Origin: Blasia pusilla
Taxonomy: Eukaryota
Length of the DNA stretch: 64,000 nucleotides
Assembly (NCBI GenBank): GCA_050084515.1
Contig: CM114271.1
Span: 8,928,001 to 8,992,000 of the forward strand
Direction: 5' to 3'
The notes under the pieces were generated by a model. The model did not search any database and was not told the origin of the DNA. It worked only from the letters and a program-made list of their open reading frames with translations. The translations under genes and the position numbers were made by a program. Positions 50,871 through 63,518 of this stretch are shown here, piece after piece. Numbering within the stretch: position 1 is the first letter of the stretch; every line of letters starts with the position of its first letter.

Positions 50871-53079
50871 ATGTCGTACGCATACACATTGCTTCACAAT
50901 ATACATCCCTTTCATCGAACATACACATAAATACGCATAATCCCATGCTAACTCATGGCATCCAAACAACGAGTCAAGAAGTACAAAAATATCTCCAATG
51001 AGAGGCTTGGGTTACACGCACACGGCAAGGAGGACCATAGCTCAGCCGCCTCATGCCAAGAGGTTCAACAAAGAGAGAATGAGCTCTCAAGCTCTCTCTC
51101 TTGGAGGTAATATCCCCTTCCCTCTCCCAAGCTCTCTCCTCGATAACCTATGCTCGTAGGTCACCTCCTTGGCTCTTGACATGCTGTAGCGGATCAAGGG
51201 CCACTTCCCAAAGTGGGAACTTAATTATACTCCAAATGGAAACTCACCCAAAATAGTAAGTTACTATATATGACTCCAAATGAGCCAAAACAAAGGAGAA
51301 ACCTGCTCTCTCAGGTTACCCGTGGCCTGAGTAAGTCATCCTCGGCTTCCTGAGACTGTCCTTTAGTATCTCTGAAGGCGCTCTACTAGATCTCGCCAAT
51401 CTATCCTAAGAGATGTGACAACTATCGTACGCATATAATCGCTACACAACATACCTCACTGTCATCGAACATACACATAAACACGCACGATCCCATTCTA
51501 GCTCATGGCATCCAAAAAATGAGACGAGAAGAACCAAAATATCTCCAATCGCCCCCTTAGCCAGTGGTTAGGTCCGTCTAACTCTAGATAGCAATCTATC
51601 CCTACCTACCATGACATACATCTCTCGGACGCTAAGGGCAAAAAGATCGGGTGCTCATGTGGCCCCATCGTTAGTCTCCTTCTTGTCATCCATGTCATAG
51701 ACACAACTCGGAATCTAGAACTACCTACTCTATGTACATCTGGGACACATCCATCATCCATGAGGAACCCTGGTGAGAGGTGGCGTCAGACATGCCATAT
51801 ACTATCCTCTCGAACATTCATCACAGACTAGCATAGTGGCTGCACCATGGGCGGAACCACGCAACATACATTACAAGCTTGCAAGAACTACTGCTAAGCT
51901 CGGATCAATTGTACCATCAATGTTAGGAAGGTGACATGGCGCACAGTTATGCACATGGTCCTTCCAAACCATACCATCGCGTCCCTCCAATAAAAGAATA
52001 CAAGATGGCAAAACCTCACGCACTCTCAAGATGATGCGCCCTGCAGTCACATCCAACGTCGTGGACGCATCTGCAAAAAGTAGACATAGTCTCCCTACTG
52101 AAACCTCTAGATAGTAGGTCGATAACCACCTCCCCAAATAGTCGCATACCTCAACGTATCCCAATGCTGCGCAATCTCCAAGTTCTCAAATGCCATGGGC
52201 ATCACTCTCCGAAATAACTCAACCCTTTGAGAACATGCTCGCATCCATACATCATGGTCATCAAGGTTCAATACCTTACCAACATCTTGATCAATGGCGA
52301 GAGGTAAATATGGCTCACGGCCATAAAGTAGCAAGTACGGTGAGAAAGATGCTAAGGACAACTCCCTGCTGAATTTGTATCCCATTGCCAACCACAGCAA
52401 CTGGAGGTCCCAATCTCCTAGGTGACCTCTCTGCAAGCCATACTTGCGTAATGCTCTCTTCACCGTCTGTACAACCCTCTCAGCTAGTCCATCCGCCTCA
52501 GGATGATCTCGCAAAGTGGTGCGGTGGTCGATCAACGCCTGATCACACAAGGCGTGAAACTCCTCGTGAAACTCAGTACCCTGGTCTGTCAACATCTCAA
52601 CTGGAGCACTGTAATGACTCAGCACTCGATCGAGGAAGGCATACGCTACTCCCTCACTCGCTTTGTCAAGCAGTACAACCAACTCTATCCACTTCGAGAA
52701 GTGCTCGACCATCACCAACACATAACGACTATGGCGCTTCGTCAAAGGTAAACGTCATGCAAAATCCAAACTCCATCTATAACCTAAACCCATGATCAGA
52801 AGTGGATGAAACTATGGCGTTAGAGCATTGAACAATGCCCGGACCCAATCACAAACCATACCCCTAGCAACAAGCTGTTGAACGTCAGTCTAAATGCATC
52901 ACCACGAATAGTGTATCTAGAGCAACATGTACGACTGCTTCACTCCAAAATGACCCAACTCCTCATGGGCATGATGCACCAAACGTGCGATGTGTGAAGG
53001 ATGAGGCACTACACATACTTTACCATCCTCACATACTTGCAACACATGTGTTTCCTCCCACCGGAACCGTCACGCTCGC

Positions 53080-55063
53080 TGTCTCACCTGGTAATACATG
53101 GCCAGCACACAACCCAAGTGAAAATGTTGCTAGTTCCACCAGTTCGGTCCCATGTAAGAGCTTAGGGCCAGATCAGAAGATCAAGATCTACAAGATGTAC
53201 TCCTTAACTACTGTAAACCCCACCTCTTTACCTTAAGAGGCTGGAGGAACTCTCTCCACTTCAGTATCACAATCCTATCCTCACCCTACTAACCAAAACT
53301 CCTTCCTTCCTCTTGAGTGCTTTGAGTGGAGTGGCCAGTGGAACCCAACAAGCACACTCTACTTAGAATTCACAGTCAAGGATGACCAAGGCAGCATAAG
53401 GTCCTCCAATGTGCTGCCTTGGACTAGTTGAATGTACCAAGGCATCCTCTAAAGTACACCCAACTCCTAACCGATCAGGTAGTGCAATCACCTTCTTCTT
53501 CTCCTCATACCTTGCTGATCTGATGTTCTCCCTTTTTGTTCAGGTAGTAGGAGACTTAACACGCTGAGCCCATGGTCTTCTACCTATAGGGGAGCTCAAG
53601 CATGACCCTCTCTCTCTCTCCACTCACTAACTCTTATCACTTACCAGACCTGGAAGTCCAGGTTGTCACACCCTGGAAGTAATCATGTGATTGGTGTCAA
53701 AGGCCAAGCTTAGGTGGGCAGAACAACAAGCTTTCCAAGCACACCTTGGTGTAGCACAATCTTGGAACCCAAGCTTGCCTCCCCTCTGGGTATGTGACCT
53801 CTTGTCCCTCTCCTGCACTTTTGAATGATTAGTTGAATCATCTCCAAGAATCTCCCTTCATCAAGCCCTCCCCCAACTCATCACTCAATCATGCACATAC
53901 TCAGATACAGGGCAATGGTATGAACTCATTTCACAGGGCTACCTCCTGTGTATCACAAAATCATAGAGTACATGAGAGACCTTCTTCTTCTCAGCCCCCT
54001 TCAAGCACACTACACACTACCTAGACCTGGGAGCACATAACTCTACTGGTTAGCTTGGCTCAAGAGATAGAGTGTCTACTAGCCAACAACATGTCTATGC
54101 CCGCCTTCAAGCAAACCCACCAGAGTATTTATAAGTGAAGTTGAGAGCCTTCTTCTTCCATGGGCTTCTCTGGCATTTTGGGTTCCTACCTTCCTACAAA
54201 TCTACCTCCCCCTAAGCATCTACTCCAAGGCATCTACTGCCTGAAATTTCGACCTCATCTACTTCTGAACCTGTTCTAACTAGCATTTCCCAAGCTTGCT
54301 TCTTCTCAAGCTGGTTCGAGCTTCCCTTGGATGCTCCTCACCTGATCTCACCTGATCTCATTACTTCCTTGCTGCTCCTCAGCTCCTCACCTGACTTCAC
54401 CTGATCTCATTACTTCCCTGCTGCTCCTCAGCTGATCTCATTACTTCCCTGATGCTCCTCACCTGATCTCACATGATCTCATTACTTCCCTGCTGCTCCT
54501 CACCTCCTCATTACTTCCCTGCTGCTCCTCACCTGATAAGGCCTAAGCAGTCGAATGTGTAGCTTTCCTGGAAACTTTTGGGGTCAACTATCATACATCA
54601 GCACCATGTCCCCCTCCTTCACTAGATCATGCTGTATTCGGTTATCAAACCTCATCTTCCTTTGTTGCTGAACGGCCTTGGTCTTCTCTAATGGTGCCTT
54701 TCTCTCCTCCTCTAGGGCATCAATCATATCCAGCCTGCTATCTATGCCACCTTCAGGTTGGAAGTGCCCTTCTAGAGTATGATCAGTCTTCAACTCCAAC
54801 TCTACTACCGAGAGAGGGTTCTGCCCATACACCAAGAAGTAGGGAATTTTCCCTGTGGTGCTCTTCTCAGCTGTGTTGTAAGCATGGACAGCTGAAGCTA
54901 ATTTCCTATCCCAATGTGATGTGTGAGCTACCACCATCTTGGTCCGAATGGCACCAATGATCCCATTTAAATTGCAGATTGTTGTTTTACCTCCTTCTAC
55001 TCACCTAACTAGAGTCCCAAAAGTATCTAACACACATGGGAGCCACTCATGAAGGGGCGCACA
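53080..55063 (-). mobile_element. Solo LTR of family A (~1.98 kb) with integrase fragment and variant minisatellite
   Basis: Reverse complement of 10017-12282; TG...CA; flanks CTCGC/CTCGT. Confidence 0.9.
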
Positions 55064-57997
55064 CTCGTTGTAGGATCCGATCCCACTCTCTAGCACCCAC
55101 TGTGCTTGCGACGCTGCCAGTACGTAGGTACTCCAAGACTACTCCATCTTTATGAATATCTCGGCCACTTATCATCTCCTTTCTGGCCTCTGGATCCAAG
55201 GACTCTCCACCAAACCTCGCCATCGAAGTCTCAGCAATCTGGCTCTCCATAGCCAACAAGCCCAAATAGGCTGACGTGTGCCATCTTGGCACCACCTCCT
55301 CGTCACTCTCACCATGCCATCGAGCTCCAATTGCATCTCGCTGACTCGGGCATGGGTTACAGCTCAAACCATCTGCATCTGGGTTGAGCATCCTAGGTCT
55401 ATGCACTATCTAGAATTCATACTCTTGCAACAAAAGAGCTCACCTCGCAAGCTTCCCTGTAAGCTTATCAGACTCCATCAACCACTTAAGTGGCTGATGA
55501 TCACTAATGAGTGTAAAGGGGTCGCCGGATAGATAACACCTGAAATGTGCGACAACCCACACTAGAGCCAAACACTCACCCTCATATGAGCTATACTTTT
55601 CCTGTGCAGCGTTGTTCAAGCGACTAGCGTAAGCCACCACGAACTCTTTACCATCATCGCCATGTAGGGTGAACACCGCTCCAAGCCCCAACATGCTCAA
55701 ATCTGTATGCAATTGGAAAGGATGTCCCTTGATTGGTCTCCTCAATATGGGCACGAACGTCAATGTGTCCTTGAGGAGCTAAAATGCTCTCTCTTGCTCG
55801 TCCCCCCAGTGGCACTCTTGATCCATCTTGGTCAGCAAGGTTAGCGGCTTCGAAATCAAACTGAAACCCTTGACGTACCGTCGATAGAAGTTCGCCAATC
55901 CCATGAATGCACAAACTCGACTCACATCTGTAGGACGTGGAATGCCTGACATAGCCTCTGCTTTCGTCTACTGCACACCAAGGCCACCTGGGTACATTGT
56001 ATGACCCACGTATTCAATCTGATCGTAGAAGAACTTGCACTTGCCTAGGTGTAGCTTTAGCCCATGTAACTGCAATCGTTGAAACGGGGGCTGGTATTCT
56101 GGCAGGAGAGAGGAAGAGAGGAGAGGAAGAGAGGAGAGTCTCTCTTCAAGAAAAAGGGCCAAATCCGCCTCCTCTCTTCAAAACTTTTTGACATATTTGA
56201 AATTTTTGTTTGCTTTCAAATTCATGAAATCTTTAGAAGAGAGTAGGTAGTGGTCCACATTCGGGCCTAAAGAAACCGCCTTTTTCCAAGGGGCAAAAAA
56301 CAAGTAGACATCATAACACCACTACAAACATTTCTCCATCACTCTCCATGTGAGCCTAAGTTTCTTCACATTGCCTGTCTCAGTCTACAGTAAGATGTGC
56401 CCAGGGTTATTTTTGTTGGAGGACCACCCGGATGCGCATCGGTATGATGCCAACCTCTCTTTTTCCAGGGATTATTGCCTCCATCATGGCCTCCCCATAA
56501 TTGCCCCATAATGAATGGTGTCTGCTCAAGACCAACTTTATGAAATGTGAACACACAAGACGATAATTGAACCAAAAGATTGTTAGCTATCTGGAGTAAA
56601 GAGGAACTGATGTCCCTTCATTCAGATCCTAAATCTGAGAAACCGAGAAGCTCCACCCCTCCCAACCCGTCGGAATTTTACAGGTTGCAACTTTTGCAAC
56701 CCGTCGGAATTAGATGGCTTGCACCCCTTGCAAGAAAGCTCACCACAACAAAGGAAAGATTTTGAGAAGTGATTCCATTCCACCCTGCACCCACAAGAAT
56801 CCAACAGTTTGGGAATCCCAAATGGCAATTCGACAGGTAGTAGGAATCCAACACGTCTTAGAGAAAAAAAGAAGCCTACGACTAGTTTGACGATACTAGG
56901 GGAACGAGCCAAAAGTGAAGAAGCCCGCCACAATGCCTCAGAAGTTGGTCTCACACGGAAAGAGTCTAATCACTCAAGCAACCAACTTGTCAGAATCCGA
57001 CAGCTTGCCTGGAAATGGTTAAAAAGTTGCAGTGGTCAAAAAGTGAAAAGTTGCAACCCGTCGGAATCAGACGGGTTGCAAAATAAAAATTATGAGTAGC
57101 TAGACGAACACAATCGACAAGTCCAAAAAAAACATTCAGCAAATTTTTGCAAACACCATTATCCTTTGAAAATCTCTTATCTTTTATTACATCCGAATGA
57201 AGCTCAGAAATGTACATTTGATATAGTCTATGATTTCTTCAACCTCGTCATCTACAAATTTACTCCTAATTCTCCTAGGTTCCTATACAAAAGGAATGTC
57301 ATGGGATACAAGTGGCTCCTCTAGCCGCTTGTAGACGGGGATCGAAAATGTTGGCAAATTCGAGAGCCTTGCCCCCTAGGTACACCATAACGGTCCCATG
57401 TAACCTGATTTGAGTCCCACCGCCTTCCTTGGCAGTATATCTTGTACGCTCTGCAAGGTGACACCCATCCACTATCAATATCTGCTCCGTCCTTGGAAAC
57501 ACCATCACGAAAATCCGACAGGTAGTAGGAATCCAACACGTCTTAGAGAAGAGAAGAAGCCTACGCCTTGTTTGACGATACTAGGGGAAGGAGCCAAAGT
57601 GAAGAAGCCCACCAAACAGAATACCTCTAAAATTGGACCAACAGGGAAAGAGTCCGATCACTCATGTAGCCAACCTGTCGGAATCCGAAAGGTTGCATGG
57701 AAGTGGTTCAAAAGGTGCAGTGGTCAAAAAGTGAAAAGTTGCAACCCGTGGGAATCCGACATGTTGCAAAATAAACTGTCGAAGTACATAGACGATCACA
57801 TTCAACAAGACCAAAAAAGATATTCAGCAAACTTTTACAAACACCATCATCGTTCGAAAAAATCTTGTCCTTTATTACATCCGAAGGAAGCTCGGAAATT
57901 TACATTTGATCTATTCTATGAATTCTTCTGCCTCATCATCAAATAAATCCCTACTCCAAAACGCTGCAGTCAATCTGGGTCCTTGAGGTCTTTGAAC

Positions 57998-58321
57998 TCA
58001 CTCGTTATCATCCGAGAGCTCTTTCACAATTATTGTCGGCCTTGCCCTCCCAATTTTTGGAATCGTGGGAAGTGACGATGGTGTCACTACCAGTGGTGGG
58101 TCTGGAACCGGAGCTCTCGGCTTCGGAGGAGAGTTGTACGCCCCAACTAGCATGTAGTAATCTTCCTTTGCCTCTTTGCAAAGGTCAAACAGTTCCTGCC
58201 TTCCCTCGAGGCAAAGAATGTTCCTGCCACTATGGCAGGCCCCTCTAATACTTGCCCCTGAAAGGCCCACTAAGTTGAACACCAAGTCACCCGGCCTTGA
58301 GCACAGCTTGATGAGTGTCAC
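57998..58321 (-). pseudogene. C-terminal SAM-binding half of a beta-class N4/N6 DNA methyltransferase-like domain
   Basis: LIKLCSRPGDLVFNLVGLSGASIRGACHSGRNILCLEGRQELFDLCKE follows the pattern LI..S.PGD.VLDPF.GSGT...A...GR..IG.E. Confidence 0.6.
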
Positions 58322-61300
58322 ATCAAGGAGGATGTGGCGAAGAAAGTGGCCGAGGTCTACAGAAACTCTTCGGGTTCAAAGCCCGGAGTGATCAAGCTAA
58401 CAACAACATCACAAATTTGTGAACAATTGCTTGGAATCCTTGGACAGGGCGAGATCACGGCTACTGAGGAGAAACAACTATGGGAAAATGTCGCATTTCT
58501 CGCTGATCCTCAATGCTTCCGGAATTTTTTGCGTCAAATACGGGTACGGGATGGAAAGACGGCCGAAATGGATGCCATTTCCCGAATCAAGGCTAACTCC
58601 AGATTTCCAATCATTCAGAGATGGCAATTCATGGGCCAGGGAGGCGAAGGATCCAAGGCCTTTGTCTTCAAAATGTCAACGACAGGTCCGTCGAGTGGCC
58701 TCGATCTTATAGAACGAATGAGGGAAGGGGAAGAGCTTTAAGGGAGCTGGATAAGCTTTGATATTTGCTACAGAGTGCTGAATGGATGGTTGACAATGGG
58801 TGCTCATATTTATGACCATGTGGAGAAGGGACTCAAAACTTTATTTGTCTATGAAGTAAAAGCAAAAGACATTGGCAGTTTGAAGATGTGTTGGTTACTC
58901 GTATTGGAGGTGGTGAAGGAAAAAAAAAGGCCACCTCCGAAAATTTATGGGTTCATGGCGGACAATGCACAACGTGGGTGGATTGCTATCAGGGAAGTGT
59001 TATGGGGTGGAGAGGTTCAACCGGAGAGGGAAGGGTTGGATGCTTTCCATTGGCAACAGTCTATGACCCGGTACAACCAATCTTGCATCAAGGAGAATAA
59101 GAGGACAGAGCATGTCACTCTCCTCCAATGATGCAAGGACATCAAAACCTTTAAACAGGCCATGGAATGCCAAGAAGAACTTCATGGGTGGTGGAGGAAA
59201 CATGCGATTGAGGGGTACAAAGAGTTATGCTTTTGGCTGAGTTGGTGGACTGTACGAATGAGACAATGGGGAAACTTCATGCGGGAGGTGAGTTCACTAA
59301 TTTGTCTCATCAAGCTCATGCTGAAAATTGTTTGAAGAGTTGTAGCTTAAGTTGAGAAGCGTGGGCAGTATAGGGATCTCAAAACAAAGAAACCAAGCAA
59401 CCCGTCGGATGCGACGGGTTGCATCAAGAAGGTTTGGGTTACCTGTCGGAGCGCGACATCATGCACGAGGAATGTTTGTGCAACCCATCGGAACCCGACA
59501 GGTTGCATGAGTGTGCAACCTGTCGAATCCCGATGGCTTGCAAGTTGCATGTATACAAGGCCTGCAAATAGTTGGACTTGGGTGTGTTGCAAGCCGCAAG
59601 GCTGCGAGTTTACTCGATCTGCAACCCGTCGCATTCGACAAGTTGCATTTTTTTGACTTATGGGATTCCGACTAGTTGCGTCTGTATGTGACTCTCGCAT
59701 TCAGACAGGTTGCTGCTGTCACAAAGTCGCATCCAGAAAAGTTGCATCAGTTCAAGTTAACTGGAACTTGTCGAATTCCAATAGTTGCAAAGCTTCCTAT
59801 GTGGACACTTCTTGCAAGCCAACGGAATCCGACAGGTTGCACAAGGATTTTCGAGATCTGACCGGCCTGCTTCTCACAACCCATTCGATTTCGATGGATT
59901 GCAGTAGCAGGTTTTTGGGTGCTAGGTTACTAGGACATTCCAAGGATGTCTCCGACTTGCAACCCGTTTCAAGTTGGAGGCTCGAAAATCCATGTGCAAT
60001 TCATTGGATTCCGATGACTTGCACTTGGATCTTCCAGCTTGGAGTGGCCAAAGTTACTTGCAACGCGCGTGAAATCTAACGGGTTGCACTAGATGGTTCC
60101 TAGGTGTTGCAACACGTCGTAAACCAACGGGTTACACAGCCATTCATGGAATGCCTCCGACTTGCAACCCGTCTAGTTTCGACCGCTTTTTTCTTTGCTC
60201 ATAGCGCTATTTTGGTTCCCTTCTCACATTTCCATCGTTGCAGGGATTGAACATTCATGAAAATGCCCTTTGCCACAACACAAGTGGAGTAGAAAGTGTT
60301 CATTTCTCCTAGAGGTCGTGACAAGCATGCCAAAGAATTTCACTTGTGGAGGCATCCCGACAAAACCAGGCAAGAGCAATGCTACAATCTGCAGCATCCC
60401 ATATATTCCTCACAAAAGGCATACCAAAAGGAAGGGGGCCTTTGATCTACGAGCTCTATGTCAAGGCCACTGTGAGATCTGGTGATGAGAAACTCTATGT
60501 AAAAGCCTTCAATCGGTGCATAGCAGGAACTCCCCTCGAGCAAGACATACACATTGGTGGGGATATTTTTGGGCGCGTTTCAAGACGTCCCATACATATG
60601 GTGGTAGAGCAGTCCGAGCAAGACTTGTGGAGACCAGATAACTATCTTGACTTCAGGCAGGTGAAAAGGCAACATCAAGGAACAAACCCGGTGATTGATT
60701 TGGATGAGGAAATCACGCCGCCCAAGTATTCGGAGACCCTAGATTGCTCTCAAATCCGTGATGCACTATCTTCTCCAAAATCAATGAATGTTTTATTTCA
60801 AAAGCCCTCCGTTGCTGGAAGTTCGCAACATCCGGTCGCTGGGGTGGTTCAACAATATGGGATTTCGGTCATGGAGGTGGATTGCAACCTGAAACGGTCG
60901 CATATATCTCGGAGCAACCTTGGATGTGCACCCACTTGCAGGGCAGGATCCGATGGCATTAGGAGAGCATGCGGCACTTTCCTTAATAAGAACTATACAA
61001 GGATTGGACGACCACTGCTTGGATTTTAGGGACTCAAAACCTTTGATCGTTTCTCCAGGATCCGGGATCAATTGAAATACTTCTTCTGCCCAAATTAATC
61101 TTGCACTTTCCGGAAGTCTTATCCGGCTGCCATTGGAGCTCTAGGGAATACCCCCATGATTTGGCCCATGGCCGTTGGTACGAATTGCATTTAACACGAA
61201 GTGGGAAATCTTACAAGTGCCGGTTTGAGACTCGTAGACGAAGGAAGTTCATAGCATGTTCGCATTACAGAGACGTTCACATTTTTTATTCAACCCAAGA

Positions 61301-61746
61301 TTGATGTCGACATGTACCTGGAGAAGGTGGATGATCTCAATCCACTATTTCTGTTTGAGTCTAGAAATGGGGTGAAGAGAAACAGAATGTGTAGGCCAAC
61401 GGTGGAGAGAGCAAAGCGAATTGCATTAGCTCGGGAGGCAAAAATGGAAATCATCGCCACGAAAGATGTTTAGAGTGGCAATGGAATAGGAAGGATGTAT
61501 TGGGTCAGGAACCACACTGTAAATTCAAGTGTCACAAGGGTGTATGTGGTGCACATCTCTTGCTTTCCCACATGTTCATGTGATGACTTTGTCCAAAGAG
61601 AGACAAGTGGGAAAAGGTATTTCCCTTGTAAGCACATGTACCATGTGTCGCCTGTAGCTTTAAGAGAGTCGGAGGTAGGAGCAGGAATCCACCAACCAAT
61701 TCTGTCCCTCAAAGAAGTGCCAAGTATTCTAAACAAACCACTTTGA
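58322..61746 (+). pseudogene. MULE-type DDE transposase with C-terminal SWIM finger; intron 59288-60243
   Basis: WISFDICY, FMADNA, DAFHWQQS, NTSGVESVH; SWIM CSCDDF...PCKH; GTGAGT...TTGCAG intron keeps the frame. Confidence 0.82.
59395..60190. repeat. Array of roughly 15-17 degenerate 29-bp palindromes in the transposase intron
   Basis: Consensus TGCAACCCGTCGGAnTCCGACGGGTTGCA, separated by short variable spacers. Confidence 0.9.
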
Positions 61747-62303
61747 GGATGCAAAATGAGGTTTTAGATTGTAGTTTCATTTTCTAGAACCTACACTTTG
61801 AGTTTGAATTCTATTAAGCCCAAGGCAAATGATAGATTTTTTCCAGACCTTGGATGGAAAAAGTGATTGGTTCCACACTTATGATTCCACTGATTTTTCA
61901 GTTTTCTAAATTTTGTGCAAATTGCAACTCGTCGGACTTAGAGAGGTTGCCAAAATGTGGAAGAGGAAAATAAAACTGTGGGAGTGCTTAAGAAGTGAGA
62001 AGAAAAGTGCAAAATAAATCACACAAAAAGTTTCCTCTCTTCAACCCAACGGAAACTCTCTTACAAAAAAGTATCTCTTTGGGTTGAAGGTAGTTTCCTC
62101 TCTCCTCTCTTCCTCTCCTCTTACCACACCTCTCGTTGAAACACCTCCTCTAGATGTCGCTCATGCTCCTCAACCGTGGCGCTAAAGACTACAATGTCAT
62201 AAATATAATATCTAGCAAAATCCAAACATGCCAAGATCTGATCCATGACTCTTTCAAACTTAGCAAGGGCATTCTTTAACCCAAATGGTAAGAACCACCT
62301 CAC

Positions 62304-62915
62304 GTGGCACCAAGTTGGTCCACCAAAGTTGCGGGCGATGTGCTCGTGAACCTACACTCGCCGTATCCAACAACACTTTGGGGCCAATTCATGCGTGCAT
62401 CTAATGTGCACTCATCACCATGCGGGACCTCGAATTGGCCAAAATTGGCTGATTCTCTAGAGTGTATGCAAGAGAACAAGATTGATGCTCCTATAAATAT
62501 CGCAAGATCCGCATCATCTCCCAAAAAAATTTGGACCAAGAGTCAACTAACCCGCTACCTTATCCAACACTCGATTGGCCCTAACACAACCAACCATAAA
62601 TGACCAAGTCTATGGTCCCTACCCGATTCAAGTCCTACGCACCCAACAATGAAATATCCCTTGGTAGGAAACTCTAGTATCCCTGGACAGCAGACGCAGA
62701 CAACAAGTCGGATAACCCGAGGTGTAACTACACCACATGGTGAAGTGAAGCGCGCCTTGCAACATCATCAATCTCCACATATAGGTACCGTTGCACGCAT
62801 ACTCCAGCCTACAAAATAGTAGCTAAACTAGTGCTAATCCCACCAAAGAGATCTAGCACGAAAATACCCTCCTCTAGAATGCACCACACAATCGGGATGG
62901 TGTCCAAAGGGGTCA
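62304..62915 (-). pseudogene. C5-cytosine DNA methyltransferase domain, motifs I-VIII (DNMT-gypsy copy 2)
   Basis: VLDLFGGIS, YLYVEID, RDISLL, DLVIYGWLC*G, YTLEN, GSRAHRPQLWWTN, then a deletion junction into RT (WFLPFGLKNA). Confidence 0.88.
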
Positions 62916-62995
62916 TAGTAGCACTGCTGGCTACCTCGAGTTCCTCTGACCCATCACGCTCTAATGCAAAGCTCTCGCTCCATGCGGTCTACACA

Positions 62996-63518
62996 TGCAG
63001 ACTGTAGTATTGCTCTTGTCTGGTCTTGTTGGCATGCCTCCACAAGTGAAATTCTTTGGCATGCTTGTGATGACCTCCAAGAGGAATGAACACTTTCTGC
63101 TCCACTTGTGTTGGAGCAGAGCGCATTTTCATGAATGTTGAATCCCTGCAACAACCCCAATGTGAGAAGGGAACAAAAATAACTCAGAAGTAAAAGAAAT
63201 AAGCTACCTGTCAGAACCAGACGAGTTGCAAGGGCGAGGCATCCCATGAACGACTCTGCGACCTGTGAGTTCCTGACGTGTTGCAACACCCAGGAACCAC
63301 CTAGTGCAACCCATCAGATTTTGAGGGATTGCAAGTAAATTTGGCAATGCGACTTGCAACCCGTCCTTTTCGACTGGTTGAACACTCAAGAAACCTGTCA
63401 ACCTCTCGGATTCCGATGGGTTGCAAGTAAATTTGGCCATGCGACTTGCAACCCGTCGGTTTCCGACTGGTTGCACACTCAGGCAACCCATCGATTAGCG
63501 ACGGGTTGAACACTTCTC
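62996..63518 (-). mobile_element. Inverted fragment of the Mutator-like element (intron palindromes plus exon with the catalytic E)
   Basis: GFNIHENALCSNTSGAESVHSSWRS matches 60244-60390; about seven palindromes. Confidence 0.85.

Larger units (their letters stand above)
56086..62132 (+). mobile_element. Mutator-like DNA transposon (short degenerate TIRs), internally deleted
   Basis: 10-bp TSD TCGTTGAAAC (56076-56085 and 62133-62142) inside gypsy RT; ends GGGGGCTGGTA... and ...TACCACACCTC with inverted GAGAGGAAGAGAGG tracts. Confidence 0.9.
50872..62995 (-). mobile_element. DNMT- and PHD-bearing Ty3/gypsy element, copy 2 (5' truncated; solo LTR and Mutator-like element nested inside)
   Basis: LTR-like TGTCG...GACA at 50872-51420; purine tract at 51550-51560; PHD 51730-51872; INT 51900-53000; RNase H 55100-55760; RT 55770-56085 and 62133-62300; DNMT 62304-62915. 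Confidence 0.85.

Noticed and set aside
50872-51420. Independent solo LTR
   Set aside because: No matching TSD (GAGTA versus ACTAT); it resembles the terminus at 22458 and lies next to the PPT side of DNMT-gypsy copy 2, so it is treated as part of that element
59395-60190. CRISPR-like look: palindromic ~29-bp repeats with variable spacers
   Set aside because: Eukaryotic context, no cas genes, repeats strongly degenerate, spacer lengths irregular, and the array sits in a spliceosomal intron of a transposase
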